A DNA stretch of 64,000 bases, from IMG/VR virus record IMGVR_UViG_3300020401_000001, positions 5,292 to 69,291 of that record; one strand, 5' to 3'. The translations under genes were made by a program, and so were the position numbers. The DNA comes from a virus. The notes beneath the pieces are model-generated. The model was given only the letters and a program-made list of their open reading frames with translations. It was not told the DNA's origin and ran no database searches. Below are positions 1 to 9,005 of this stretch, piece after piece; position 1 is the first letter of the stretch, and each line of letters opens with the position of its first letter.

Positions 1-89
1 GTACTCAGATACTTTCGTGAATTTATCATCAATCTTATGAAGAACAGCTTGCTCTCCATAGATTTTTAGTTTATTTGAAACAACGCTCA

Positions 90-731
90 TTATAACGATT
101 CTATGTGTCCTGTTAAAGTTTTTAAAAGCTTGTCTGCGTTGCTGAAATATTTACTGTTAGGATTGTCTTTAAACTTCTCCTGAGAATTAAAATCAGGTCT
201 CGCATTTTCATAGTAAATCTTCATCAGGAAGTTTTTCATATTATCATAATCTCCCTGATATAAAACTCTACCAAAAACAAACTTGCCATCAATGTCGTTG
301 TAGAAAGTTTCTATAACTAAAGTCTTGCCGTTTACTTTTTTGTCGTAAATGTACCTGACTAAAAATACGTGTTTCTCTACGCCGTACTGTTCGTCATACC
401 ATCTCTTCCACACGTCTTCGCTTTTAAGTTGATAGAAGCCTTCTATCTGAGCCATGTTATAGCCAAAGGCTACCTTGTCTCCTTCACGGTGCATGTCCAT
501 TAAACTGCTGAGGTTCCCGCAAAACAACAAGTCACATGATTCTTCGCTGTTCGATTCACTATCAACAGTTGTCTGCCCAGCCGTTGTTGAAACGACTGGA
601 GGTTGTGGTCCTGGACTTACTTCAAGTCCTTCTTCTGTGTTAATATACAGACTGTCTAAATCTGAAAGGTCCGTTGCAAAGCATCCGCTAGTAAGGACCG
701 CTAGGGTTATATACAATATCATTTTTTTCAT
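90..731 (-). CDS. putative lipoprotein (early region)
   Basis: ORF 90..776. The internal Met at 731 gives MKKMILYITLAVLTSG-C: basic N-terminus, hydrophobic core and lipobox-like cysteine. Confidence 0.6.
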   Translation of the reverse strand: MKKMILYITLAVLTSGCFATDLSDLDSLYINTEEGLEVSPGPQPPVVSTTAGQTTVDSESNSEESCDLLFCGNLSSLMDMHREGDKVAFGYNMAQIEGFYQLKSEDVWKRWYDEQYGVEKHVFLVRYIYDKKVNGKTLVIETFYNDIDGKFVFGRVLYQGDYDNMKNFLMKIYYENARPDFNSQEKFKDNPNSKYFSNADKLLKTLTGHIESL

Positions 732-984
732 TAGATTTAATTTTAATATTAGATTGATTTTTGTTTTGTAACTCATTGTTTACGAAGAGAATTATGGCTT
801 CGTCATAGTCCATTTTTTGTTTGTCCCACTTAATGTTATGCTTGGCATTTTTATGATACCATTTTTGTGCAAGTTCATAAGCTCGGTCAAATGTTTGAAA
901 TATGGTTCCACCCAACATATCCTCTTGAATTATTATTGAAGTTATCAAAGCTAACTCCTTGGCTTGTTCATTATCTATTTTCAT
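688..984 (-). CDS. hypothetical protein
   Basis: 98-aa ORF co-oriented within the tightly packed early gene run. Confidence 0.55.
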   Translation of the reverse strand: MKIDNEQAKELALITSIIIQEDMLGGTIFQTFDRAYELAQKWYHKNAKHNIKWDKQKMDYDEAIILFVNNELQNKNQSNIKIKSNEKNDIVYNPSGPY

Positions 985-1007
985 TTTATTATTATTTATA
1001 TTAATAC

Positions 1008-1607
1008 TTATTTTAATCCTGTTTGTAAGTCGTTTATTTCCCAGCCAAAAACTGCCTTGAGATACGTCTCAAGCTTAGGCTTGTCTTCTGTTCTGAACAG
1101 TATATCGCAAGCAGTAGAAAAAACGTTGCTGGTCCTGACTGTTATAACCCAAAGAGGGAAGTTAGGATGCGTACTTTCGTCTTCAGCTAAACTCTGAAGA
1201 AAGTCCATTATTCTTTGCTTATGTGAAATGCTGTCATCTAGCCATCCAGTTATCCAGCCGTCTATTGTTTCCCAGCCTTCTTTGAAGTCGTAGTCAAAAT
1301 ATCCACGCCAGCCGTCAGTTGATTTCCAGTACATTTTTTCTATTGGAAATTTCTTTGAGTCTGTGGTGTGGTTTATGTCTTCGTAATATTCGTTCATCAG
1401 TTTGTAATGTTGTGAATAATAATACTTTTCAGAGTCTGCCCACTCCACCCCGTAAGGGATGCAGTGAGCGGCATCTTCAAGTTCACTATTGTCACAAGAT
1501 TCACAAAAAGTAATTTCATTTCCTTCGTGGTTCTCCCCTATTCTGTAACCTTCGTCTTCAGGGTTTATGTCTTCTCCACAAATGTCGCATTTGATTAACT
1601 CGCTCAT
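1008..1607 (-). CDS. hypothetical protein with N-terminal CxxC..CxxC zinc-ribbon-like motif
   Basis: CDIC ... CESC near the N-terminus; 199 aa. Confidence 0.7.
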   Translation of the reverse strand: MSELIKCDICGEDINPEDEGYRIGENHEGNEITFCESCDNSELEDAAHCIPYGVEWADSEKYYYSQHYKLMNEYYEDINHTTDSKKFPIEKMYWKSTDGWRGYFDYDFKEGWETIDGWITGWLDDSISHKQRIMDFLQSLAEDESTHPNFPLWVITVRTSNVFSTACDILFRTEDKPKLETYLKAVFGWEINDLQTGLK

Positions 1608-1614
1608 AATGTTT

Positions 1615-1863
1615 TTATTTAATAAGTTCTTCTATAAATTCTGATTGTACTCCATTCCCTGAGGGAAGTTTTTCTACAAGGTGCCTGATTGCGTAAACCT
1701 TCAGTGAGGATTTTCTGCCTATTTCAGCTCTTGCCTGTTTCTCGGTGTTAAACATTTTAGCTTTGTGAAAAGCTTTAGTTACTCTCCCGTCTTCTCCTAG
1801 CGTCCTGTCCTTACTGTCCTTCAGGATATACGCATGAATTTGATTAAACATTAGCTCTTTCAT
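1615..1863 (-). CDS. hypothetical protein
   Basis: 82-aa ORF abutting both neighbours. Confidence 0.65.
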   Translation of the reverse strand: MKELMFNQIHAYILKDSKDRTLGEDGRVTKAFHKAKMFNTEKQARAEIGRKSSLKVYAIRHLVEKLPSGNGVQSEFIEELIK

Positions 1864-1865
1864 TA

Positions 1866-2354
1866 TTAAAATGCTGAATAAGGTTTAAGTTGATTGCTCT
1901 CGTAAGTCTCCCACTCCCATTCATCATCATGGACAGTCAGCTCATGGAAGTATTTTTTAAGCTTCTCAGAAATAGCGATTAAACGCTTGTCGTCTGTCCA
2001 GTTTTTTATGGTGCAGTCGCTACCAATTCTTGCCAGCATTCCGCCACCTAAATAGTTTTGATATGCTGACATTTTTTCCCCTTGAAAACCGAAGTTGTCA
2101 AGGGAAATTTCTATACCACCTCCTCTATGAGATATTTCCTGTCTCAATACTAAAAAGGAAGATGCGATGTAACCTCCAACAGAGTCGAAAGCTTCAGGGT
2201 TAGTGCCCATCTCGTAAAAGATTCTAAGTAGTCCTAATCCTACTATGGCTCCGCCTGTTGTTTTAATTGCCATGACTAAATAGTCAGGTGCAGTGTCTTG
2301 GTCAGCCCAATTCTTGAGCGCCGTCTTTAAAAAATTGATTAATTTAATTAACAT
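1866..2354 (-). CDS. hypothetical protein
   Basis: 162 aa; preceded by a promoter and the ATTTACACT-ATG leader. Confidence 0.7.
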   Translation of the reverse strand: MLIKLINFLKTALKNWADQDTAPDYLVMAIKTTGGAIVGLGLLRIFYEMGTNPEAFDSVGGYIASSFLVLRQEISHRGGGIEISLDNFGFQGEKMSAYQNYLGGGMLARIGSDCTIKNWTDDKRLIAISEKLKKYFHELTVHDDEWEWETYESNQLKPYSAF

Positions 2355-2382
2355 AGTGTAAATTTTAAATGATTAACTGATT

Positions 2383-2413
2383 CAAACTTACAACACTTTT
2401 TTTTACTGTGCAA
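2383..2413 (-). promoter_or_regulatory. Bacteroidota sigma-A type promoter (-33 TTG / -7 TAnnTTTG)
   Basis: Minus strand reads TTG-N20-TAAGTTTG, followed by aatcAGTTAATC...TTTACACTATG. Confidence 0.75.
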
Positions 2414-2431
2414 GTTTTTGTGAATAAAATT

Positions 2432-2623
2432 TTAAATTTTTCTTAATAACTTCTCTATAATATCATAAGTCTCCTGTCCTGAAGAACTCATCCTTTGATA
2501 GTCCCAGCCTAAAAGATTAATATTTCTTTTTAGCTCTCGGATATTATCTTCACGTTCCCGCTCGATAGCTCCGTTCTTTTGTGCGGTCTTAACCGCTTTG
2601 TCAAATCTTGTTTGTGCACTCAT
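2432..2623 (-). CDS. hypothetical protein
   Basis: ORF 2432..2647; ATG at 2623 (MSAQTRF) is the likelier start. Confidence 0.55.
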   Translation of the reverse strand: MSAQTRFDKAVKTAQKNGAIEREREDNIRELKRNINLLGWDYQRMSSSGQETYDIIEKLLRKI

Positions 2624-2789
2624 CGTTTTTAATTTTAGTTGTGTCAAAAAATTGATTAATAATTAAGTTGTCAAATGTCTTCTCAGGGACCTTTCCAAAT
2701 CCTGTTTTTGATATTCTATTACAGAAAGCTCTAGCTTCTAAAATTTGGTCCGCTATACTTTCCAGCTGTTCTTCAGTATATTTAGGCAT
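2601..2789 (-). CDS. hypothetical protein
   Basis: ORF 2601..2816; ATG at 2789 (MPKYTEE) overlaps the end of the upstream gene. Confidence 0.55.
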   Translation of the reverse strand: MPKYTEEQLESIADQILEARAFCNRISKTGFGKVPEKTFDNLIINQFFDTTKIKNDECTNKI

Positions 2790-3162
2790 GTCTCTTGAAA
2801 TTAAATTTGACGTCATGAAGTAGTTTTCCTACCCTGATATTTTCATCGTGAGCCTGAGCCAGTCGTTCACTATCATCAGTGTACTCCTCATAGACTTGTT
2901 TACTCTCTTTGAAAAAACCTTCCGAAGCTTCAGGACCTAGCCACATTTTAGATTTAAAATCTACTATGTATCCAGCCCACTCAATCCACATGTGAGGGAT
3001 TCGCTTCTCTCCTAATTCTACGTGCCCTGTAACAATTCTAAACTCCTCTTGTTCCTGTGCCAGTAGATAGGCAATAACTCGTGACGTACCGTCACACTCG
3101 TAATTTTTACACACCGCCGAAACTCTGTCGGCGATGTATAGTTTAAATAAATTATTTTTCAT
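2782..3162 (-). CDS. hypothetical protein, possibly transglutaminase/papain-like
   Basis: C (YECDG), H (PHMW) and D (IVD) spacing recalls a Cys-His-Asp triad; the fold call is inference. Confidence 0.55.
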   Translation of the reverse strand: MKNNLFKLYIADRVSAVCKNYECDGTSRVIAYLLAQEQEEFRIVTGHVELGEKRIPHMWIEWAGYIVDFKSKMWLGPEASEGFFKESKQVYEEYTDDSERLAQAHDENIRVGKLLHDVKFNFKRHA

Positions 3163-3165
3163 GAT

Positions 3166-3426
3166 TTAATATGTTAAATGTTTTTCTAGATTCATGTCGT
3201 ATAGAATTTGCCTGCCCGCTTCATAAACCTTTGCATCTGTGGTAGTATACGGACCGTAAAATTCATCATCATCATCAGCTGTGAACACTTCTATGTCGGT
3301 TATTCTGTCGCCGTTATAGTAAACGCCCTGCGCCCAATAAGTTATATTATTATATATAAACTTAGCTTTGAATTGTATTGTGGAAGCGAAAGCTTCCTGC
3401 TCGATTATTTCTATATTATTTTTCAT
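3166..3426 (-). CDS. hypothetical protein
   Basis: 86-aa ORF overlapping the end of the ArdC-like gene. Confidence 0.6.
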   Translation of the reverse strand: MKNNIEIIEQEAFASTIQFKAKFIYNNITYWAQGVYYNGDRITDIEVFTADDDDEFYGPYTTTDAKVYEAGRQILYDMNLEKHLTY

Positions 3427-5860
3427 TGTTCTCTTTTTTTGATTCTTCTGTTTTTTTGTCTGTTGCTTTCTTGCAAGAAATTATAAACTCTTTTAAAGCT
3501 TCTCTGTCACAATTAAAGTCTTCCTCCCAAAAGTTTCGTTTACCCTCTTGATAGGTGTAGCAGTCTTTAGTTGTTTCAAACTTTGTTGTAAGCTTTGCCT
3601 TTGCCTTCTTCTCGTTCCAGTTGTCAATCCTGAAAGTTATAATTCTTCCGTGTTGTTCTCTCACACGGGGCAAGGTGTCACTGCATCCTTTAACCTTGTT
3701 TTCAATCCAGTAGTGGTCAGTAGTAAAGTTGCTGTCGTCTATCGTTGCGCCGTTCTCTAAAAAGTTATTAAAGAAGTCTTCGCTTTTCTTCTCGCTAATC
3801 TCTCTAGCTAATCTCTCTATGTTTCTTCTAAGCTTCCAGCTTGCCTGCTGTGTTAAACACAAATCAACGTAAGAGTCCAGCATTTCCCAGTCTTCGTTGA
3901 CTACTGGAATAGATATATTAATAACTTTTTCAAACAGCTTGTAGGCTTTTGTTCCTAGCTCAGTTATTAGCTGTTGCTCTTCCTGTTCTTTTGTGTCTTG
4001 CTCAATCACGTTGCCAGCAAACACTTGAAACGTGGAGCCTGTCGTTGCGTAGTTGTCAATCTTAGTTGACAGCCCAAACTCATAGGTTTTGTTAGGCTCT
4101 AAATCCCAGCCTGTACTGTACCTGCCTTCAGGGGTATTGCTTGTATATATTTTAACAAGCTCAAGCTCAACGGCGATGTAGCTTTTGTATTCTTTACCTC
4201 CAACGGTGTAGTATATAATATAATTAGCTGTTCCTGTGCCTTGTTTTAGCTCTACCTTCTCGAAGTATACTTCTTTGGTTATTTCGCTCTGTAACTGTCT
4301 TAAAATGCGCTGGAAAATGTCATCTCTCATTTTTAAGTAGGCATGATTTTTTGTTTGCTCACTCCAGCTTTTTTTGATAGCTTCTAATCCCTGCTTCCCT
4401 GATATGTTTGCACTATCTGAAAGCTCTGCAATAGCTATCTTGTCGTTGTCGTAGTCATAGACTTTGCCGTTGATTGTAACCGTCCTACTGTGAAGCTGTT
4501 CTTCAATCTGAAACGGTAGGTTTCCCTCGGCGTATCTGTACTGGACCTCTTCGATAGCGTCATCCATGTTTTCTATCTCTTGTGAATTTAGCCCAGTATC
4601 TAGAAGCTTTCCAGTATCTAAGTCAAACAGCCTTACGCTATAACCCATGAGATTATCGTCCCAGTAGCTCGGAGCATGTATTATATATATATTACCTCCC
4701 ACGTGGTCCACGCTGAAGCTGTCCACTGTCTGATTAAAAAATCTAAGCGTTGACTCCTCGAAGTAGTTAGGCGCTGTTTCTTTGGTAGCTTCTACCACGT
4801 CCTGAATAGTTATACTCTGAGGCTTTACATTGACTTGCTTTGAAGATAAAACAGCTTGCTTTTTAGCCTTAGGCTTTGACGGGGTTTTGTCCCCGCCTTT
4901 GCCTATTATATATTCTACTGCTTTTTGAGCCTGTCCCATTGCGTAAACTGCTTCACGCTCTTTGTTTTCTAGATGCTTAATCCAGCCGTTGATGTATGCT
5001 TGGCTGTTAAGCTCGCTGTCCTTTGGCTCTAGTCCACAAATACCTGTCAGGTACCATGCGCCAATCTCTGCTACTAATTCCTCTTTGCTGTATAGCTCAT
5101 TTCCAAAGCTAGCCTTTGGCGATGTCACGCCCTCTCTCTTGAGTCTGTTCTTGTGACCTGTACTGTGGATTAGCTCATGAAATAAAGTTTTGTAATAGCT
5201 CGCACTGTCAACGAAATTCTCAGGATTTGGCATTTGCACCTTGTCGATAGATGGGCTGTAATACGCCTGATTTCCGCCGTGTCTCAGTTGAGGTGCCTTA
5301 GTATAATTATTATATATATCATCCGCTGACGGGATAGCTACATGCTCAGGGTTTTGTGGTGTAGCGTCAACCTTTGTCTCGATACCCTCCGCTTGCTCGA
5401 TGTTAAAAACTGTATGATAAATTAAGCTCCAGCACTCAGTTAAAGTCTTGTTTTGTACGTCCTGAGGAAGCTTGTAACCTGCCTTGATAACGGCTCTTTC
5501 ATTGGGGAAATATTTGCCTGTTTCTGTAACTCTGAATGAGCGGTTCCAAAATACAATTCCTGTACCCTTTTCGCCTTTCTTTACATGACCTCCAGCTTCG
5601 GCAATAGCTTTGTAAGTTGCCCATTCGCCCGAACTGTAATTCTCAGCTCTTGCAATAGCACTTAAAAGCATTCTGTTAACGCCTGTATAATTTCTACGGC
5701 TAGTGTAATTTAGCGGAGCATACAATGTGCCGTCAGCCATGCGCCACGGTTTGAACCATTGTAGACCCTCCTCTTTTAAGCCCTTTAAAACGGCTTGATT
5801 AACTTTGTTAAAAGCGTTGTTTTTACTGTTCTTTTTTGTAGTATTAACTTGTGTTTTCAT
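3416..5860 (-). CDS. ardC: ArdC-like antirestriction/polyvalent protein (ssDNA-binding N domain, zincin-like metallopeptidase, extra C-terminal domains)
   Basis: WFKPW, NYTSRRNYTGVNRMLL, W.TYK...GGHVKKGEKG, VFNIEQ, AYYSPSIDKVQMP, TLFHELIHSTGH (HExxH), YSKEELVAEIGA, SQAYINGW. Confidence 0.85.
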   Translation of the reverse strand: MKTQVNTTKKNSKNNAFNKVNQAVLKGLKEEGLQWFKPWRMADGTLYAPLNYTSRRNYTGVNRMLLSAIARAENYSSGEWATYKAIAEAGGHVKKGEKGTGIVFWNRSFRVTETGKYFPNERAVIKAGYKLPQDVQNKTLTECWSLIYHTVFNIEQAEGIETKVDATPQNPEHVAIPSADDIYNNYTKAPQLRHGGNQAYYSPSIDKVQMPNPENFVDSASYYKTLFHELIHSTGHKNRLKREGVTSPKASFGNELYSKEELVAEIGAWYLTGICGLEPKDSELNSQAYINGWIKHLENKEREAVYAMGQAQKAVEYIIGKGGDKTPSKPKAKKQAVLSSKQVNVKPQSITIQDVVEATKETAPNYFEESTLRFFNQTVDSFSVDHVGGNIYIIHAPSYWDDNLMGYSVRLFDLDTGKLLDTGLNSQEIENMDDAIEEVQYRYAEGNLPFQIEEQLHSRTVTINGKVYDYDNDKIAIAELSDSANISGKQGLEAIKKSWSEQTKNHAYLKMRDDIFQRILRQLQSEITKEVYFEKVELKQGTGTANYIIYYTVGGKEYKSYIAVELELVKIYTSNTPEGRYSTGWDLEPNKTYEFGLSTKIDNYATTGSTFQVFAGNVIEQDTKEQEEQQLITELGTKAYKLFEKVINISIPVVNEDWEMLDSYVDLCLTQQASWKLRRNIERLAREISEKKSEDFFNNFLENGATIDDSNFTTDHYWIENKVKGCSDTLPRVREQHGRIITFRIDNWNEKKAKAKLTTKFETTKDCYTYQEGKRNFWEEDFNCDREALKEFIISCKKATDKKTEESKKENNEK

Positions 5861-5898
5861 AGTGTAAATATTAAATTAAAATTTGTGATTAACTGGGG

Positions 5899-5929
5899 CT
5901 AAATTACAATTATTAACCAAACTACCAAA
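5899..5929 (-). promoter_or_regulatory. Bacteroidota-type promoter driving the early genes
   Basis: Minus strand TTTG-N19-TAATTTAG (one mismatch to TAnnTTTG), then ccccAGTTAATC...TATTTACACTATG; same leader design as at 2383. Confidence 0.65.
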
Positions 5930-6331
5930 CTTTATTAACAAATATTTTTATTTCACTGGACCCAAATACCTTGGCAACCCGCACCAGTGTTAACCTTTGG
6001 GAGCATAAATTTTTTTTCAAATTTGTATGATTTACTAATATAATTAGATGCGCTAAGAGAGGTTATTTCGTGTCCCTATGCGTCTAAACGTGAAATTTTA
6101 GAGATAGGGGACAGAAAAAGGTAAATTTTAGTTGTGGTCCCGCATAAACACTGGGAAAAAAAGGTAAAAAGTTGGGCTGGATTGACCAAAAAGTCGACCC
6201 CGTGGACCAATCCAAAACGTTTTCCAAAATCGGCGTCTGTCGTCAACTTGATACATAACCCGTTGGTTCTCGATAACTGATGTGTAACCAAAAATGGACA
6301 TTAACTATGTTGTATATATTGTACACCCTTA

Positions 6332-6372
6332 TTTGTCCAGCTTCGGTAACACATATATTTGTTGTATATTTG
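6332..6372 (+). promoter_or_regulatory. tandem Bacteroidota-type promoters
   Basis: TTTG at 6332; TATATTTG at 6354-6361 and again at 6365-6372, upstream of the ORF at 6397. Confidence 0.6.
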
Positions 6373-6396
6373 ATATAAATAATTAAATATTATATA

Positions 6397-6603
6397 ATGG
6401 ACGGTATAGAAAACACTATTAGAGAAAAACTATTAAAACAAATTGATGAGGAGTTGTCTGCTGACGCAGTAGTTAACGTTGAGGTCTTTAAAGTATTAAC
6501 TAAATTCTACATAGACTTCATGCATTTAAAGAACAATGAGAAGGTAATGAGAGACGCTCAGAAAGCAGCTATGCAACCCCCAGGTAATCCTTTGAAAAAA
6601 TAA
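6397..6603 (+). CDS. hypothetical protein
   Basis: 68 aa, first gene of the plus-strand block, AT-rich leader. Confidence 0.65.
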   Translation: MDGIENTIREKLLKQIDEELSADAVVNVEVFKVLTKFYIDFMHLKNNEKVMRDAQKAAMQPPGNPLKK

Positions 6604-6604
6604 C

Positions 6605-6748
6605 ATGGAAGCTACCATAACATTCATGCCTCCCTATCAACTTATGGCAGGGGTGTCTTTTTTTCCAGAAGAATTTAAAGATGGTAAACATTATTGGAAT
6701 GAATTTACAGTGTATATATTTATTTTTAGCATAAAGTTAGAATGGTAA
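6605..6748 (+). CDS. small hypothetical protein (47 aa)
   Basis: Hand-translated MEATITFMPPYQLMAGVSFFPEEFKDGKHYWNEFTVYIFIFSIKLEW; fills the gap exactly. Confidence 0.55.
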   Translation: MEATITFMPPYQLMAGVSFFPEEFKDGKHYWNEFTVYIFIFSIKLEW

Positions 6749-6760
6749 AACATTTTTTCT

Positions 6761-6768
6761 TATGTTTG
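6761..6768 (+). promoter_or_regulatory. -7 promoter element
   Basis: TATGTTTG upstream of the 24-aa ORF and groEL. Confidence 0.55.
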
Positions 6769-6796
6769 TATCATTAAAATTTAATTCAATTACACT

Positions 6797-6871
6797 ATGA
6801 AACTATTTAACTTCTTTTTAGGACTATCAATCGGACTATCTGTATCTCTTATACTAATAGTGAACTCATGA
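6797..6871 (+). CDS. 24-aa hydrophobic peptide translationally coupled to groEL
   Basis: MKLFNFFLGLSIGLSVSLILIVNS; TTACACT-ATG leader; its TGA overlaps the groEL ATG (ATGA). Confidence 0.5.
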   Translation: MKLFNFFLGLSIGLSVSLILIVNS

Positions 6872-8457
6872 TAGAAAAGGACATAACATTAGAACCTAAG
6901 GATTCTTTATTAGAAGGCGTTAGGGTTCTTAAGGATGCTGTGGGCTCAACTCTTGGACCAAACGGTTCTACCGTATTACTAGAGGACGAGCTCGGAAAAC
7001 CACACACCACAAAGGATGGTGTTACGGTAGCTAAATCAATTAACTTATCGGACCCAGTACAACACTTGGGTATGTCTGTAGTAAGACAAGCTTCTATGAA
7101 AACGGCTGATGATGCAGGTGACGGTACCACTACTTCTGTGGTTGTAGCGCATGAACTTATATCTGTAGCTAGTGAAGAGCTGAAAAAAGACAAAACTCTT
7201 AATATTTATGAGTTATGTGCACACCTTAGCTTAGAAATGAACGAAGCTGTAGAGTACATAAAACGTAAAGCTATAGACGCTGATAAGGAATTATTATCTA
7301 ATGTAGCTAGAATATCAGCTAACAACGATAAAGAAATAGGAGACCTCATCTCTAATGCTTATGAAACACTAGGTAAGAATACTATTTTTACTATAGAAGA
7401 AGCTATGAGTGACAAAACATGGGTAGAAGAAATAGAGGGTACTCGTATAAAGAAAGGATATGCCAGTAGTTATCTAATTAACGATAAGGAGAAGGGTAGG
7501 GTTATGTACGAACACGGGGTAATATTGGTTTCTGATAAAAAAATCGAAACTATAGAGAGTATTATGACTCTACTCAAGTTCTCCGTCACAAACGCAAAAC
7601 CTCTTGTTATTGTGTCAGAAGTTAGTGAACAAGTACAAAATGCATTAAACGTAAACAAAGCTAGTGGTAAACTAAATGTAAATGTAGTTGCTCCAGAAGG
7701 AGTCGGTACATCTAGGTTTGAGTTATTAGAGGATTTATGTATTATGACTGGTGCAACACTGGTAAGTGATGAGACTGGAGACAATCTAGCTCATATAACC
7801 CCAGATATGTTAGGTAAATTTAAGAAGATTATATCGACATCTTCAGAAACAACCATAGTTTTACCCAGCGAAACGGCTGACGCCGTTAGTAACAGACGAG
7901 AGGAAGTAGAAAACATACTTTCCAAAAACACGGACAAATATTTAACGTACCATATAAAAGACCGCCTCTCCAGGTTATACGGAGGTGTGGCTGCTTTGCA
8001 TGTTGGGGCTTTTACAGAAGTTGAAATGAAGGAGAAAAAAGACCGAGTTGATGACGCTGTACAAGCAGCAAGAGCAGCTTTGGAACAAGGAGTCGTTCCT
8101 GGTGGAGGTGTGTCTTATTTAAATGCAGCTAAAAGAGCTGAGAGGAAAATAAAATCATCGAAAAACAAATATGCTAAGGTGGCAAATAAGATTATACACC
8201 TAAGCTTACAAGAACCTATTTATAAAATATTAAGCAATAGTAACTGTAATCACGAAAAGGTAATGACTTCGGTATACAAGTCTCCTAGATTTAATTATGG
8301 ATATGATGCAAAAAACAATAAATATGGGGATTTAATATCTATGGGTATAGTTGACCCATTTAAAGTTGTAAAAAATGTGTTACAAAACTCAGTTTCTGTA
8401 GCAACTAACATTTTAACAACAGATGTCTGTGTAACGAACAGAAGGGCTGATGGCTAA
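6868..8457 (+). CDS. groEL: chaperonin GroEL (Cpn60), phage-encoded
   Basis: TLGPNG, TKDGVTVAK, AGDGTTTS, EMKEKKDRVDDA, GVVPGGG, GIVDP.KV; lacks the GGM tail. Confidence 0.95.
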   Translation: MIEKDITLEPKDSLLEGVRVLKDAVGSTLGPNGSTVLLEDELGKPHTTKDGVTVAKSINLSDPVQHLGMSVVRQASMKTADDAGDGTTTSVVVAHELISVASEELKKDKTLNIYELCAHLSLEMNEAVEYIKRKAIDADKELLSNVARISANNDKEIGDLISNAYETLGKNTIFTIEEAMSDKTWVEEIEGTRIKKGYASSYLINDKEKGRVMYEHGVILVSDKKIETIESIMTLLKFSVTNAKPLVIVSEVSEQVQNALNVNKASGKLNVNVVAPEGVGTSRFELLEDLCIMTGATLVSDETGDNLAHITPDMLGKFKKIISTSSETTIVLPSETADAVSNRREEVENILSKNTDKYLTYHIKDRLSRLYGGVAALHVGAFTEVEMKEKKDRVDDAVQAARAALEQGVVPGGGVSYLNAAKRAERKIKSSKNKYAKVANKIIHLSLQEPIYKILSNSNCNHEKVMTSVYKSPRFNYGYDAKNNKYGDLISMGIVDPFKVVKNVLQNSVSVATNILTTDVCVTNRRADG

Positions 8458-8689
8458 TGGAAATCAATTTATAAGCAGTAACTGGCAGATACTCGCATCT
8501 TTTGCTTTGGCTGTATTTACGGCAGGAGGAATATTTGCCGAGTTTACTGCGCTTAAGAACGAGTTAACTTTAGTCCACGATAGATTAGACGAGAAAGTTC
8601 TATTAATAGATAAACTAGAAAGTAGGATTTTGGATATTGAAAAAGAATTAGAATATGAAAAAGGTTTTATAGACGGAAGGAAAAAATAA
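8450..8689 (+). CDS. small membrane/coiled-coil protein
   Basis: N-terminal hydrophobic helix then heptad-like charged region. Confidence 0.6.
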   Translation: MANGNQFISSNWQILASFALAVFTAGGIFAEFTALKNELTLVHDRLDEKVLLIDKLESRILDIEKELEYEKGFIDGRKK

Positions 8690-8694
8690 ACATA

Positions 8695-8859
8695 GTGTCG
8701 AAAAAAATCATTATGTGCAGTCAGTGTTATGAAGAATTTGAAAACGGGTACGATTATAGGATGCACTGGGAAAAAGAACATTTCTATCCTTATGTAAAAA
8801 AGAACGGATTTAATTATAAGCAAGCACAAAAAGACAGAAAAAGAAAGTATGATTCATAA
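8695..8859 (+). CDS. C2H2 zinc-finger microprotein (54 aa from GTG; alternative ATG at 8713)
   Basis: CSQCYEEFENGYDYRMHWEKEH = C-x2-C-x3-F-x8-H-x4-H, followed by a basic tail. Confidence 0.55.
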   Translation: MSKKIIMCSQCYEEFENGYDYRMHWEKEHFYPYVKKNGFNYKQAQKDRKRKYDS

Positions 8860-9004
8860 AATTCAAAAAACTATATTCGGAACGTACAGGGTTTTATGGA
8901 AAGCTAATGATGGCATTAGAGCAGGTCATGAGGATTTTAACACAGAAATAGAAGCAAACAACTTTGCAAAAAAATTAACTGATGACTGGAACTATACTGT
9001 ATGA
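8849..9004 (+). CDS. small hypothetical protein (51 aa)
   Basis: Hand-translated MIHKIQKTIFGTYRVLWKANDG...WNYTV; tiles between its neighbours. Confidence 0.5.
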   Translation: MIHKIQKTIFGTYRVLWKANDGIRAGHEDFNTEIEANNFAKKLTDDWNYTV

Positions 9005-9005
9005 C

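Noticed and set aside
6076-6291. 71-aa minus-strand ORF in the divergent region
   Set aside because: Non-ATG start, atypical composition, and it lies upstream of the early promoter.
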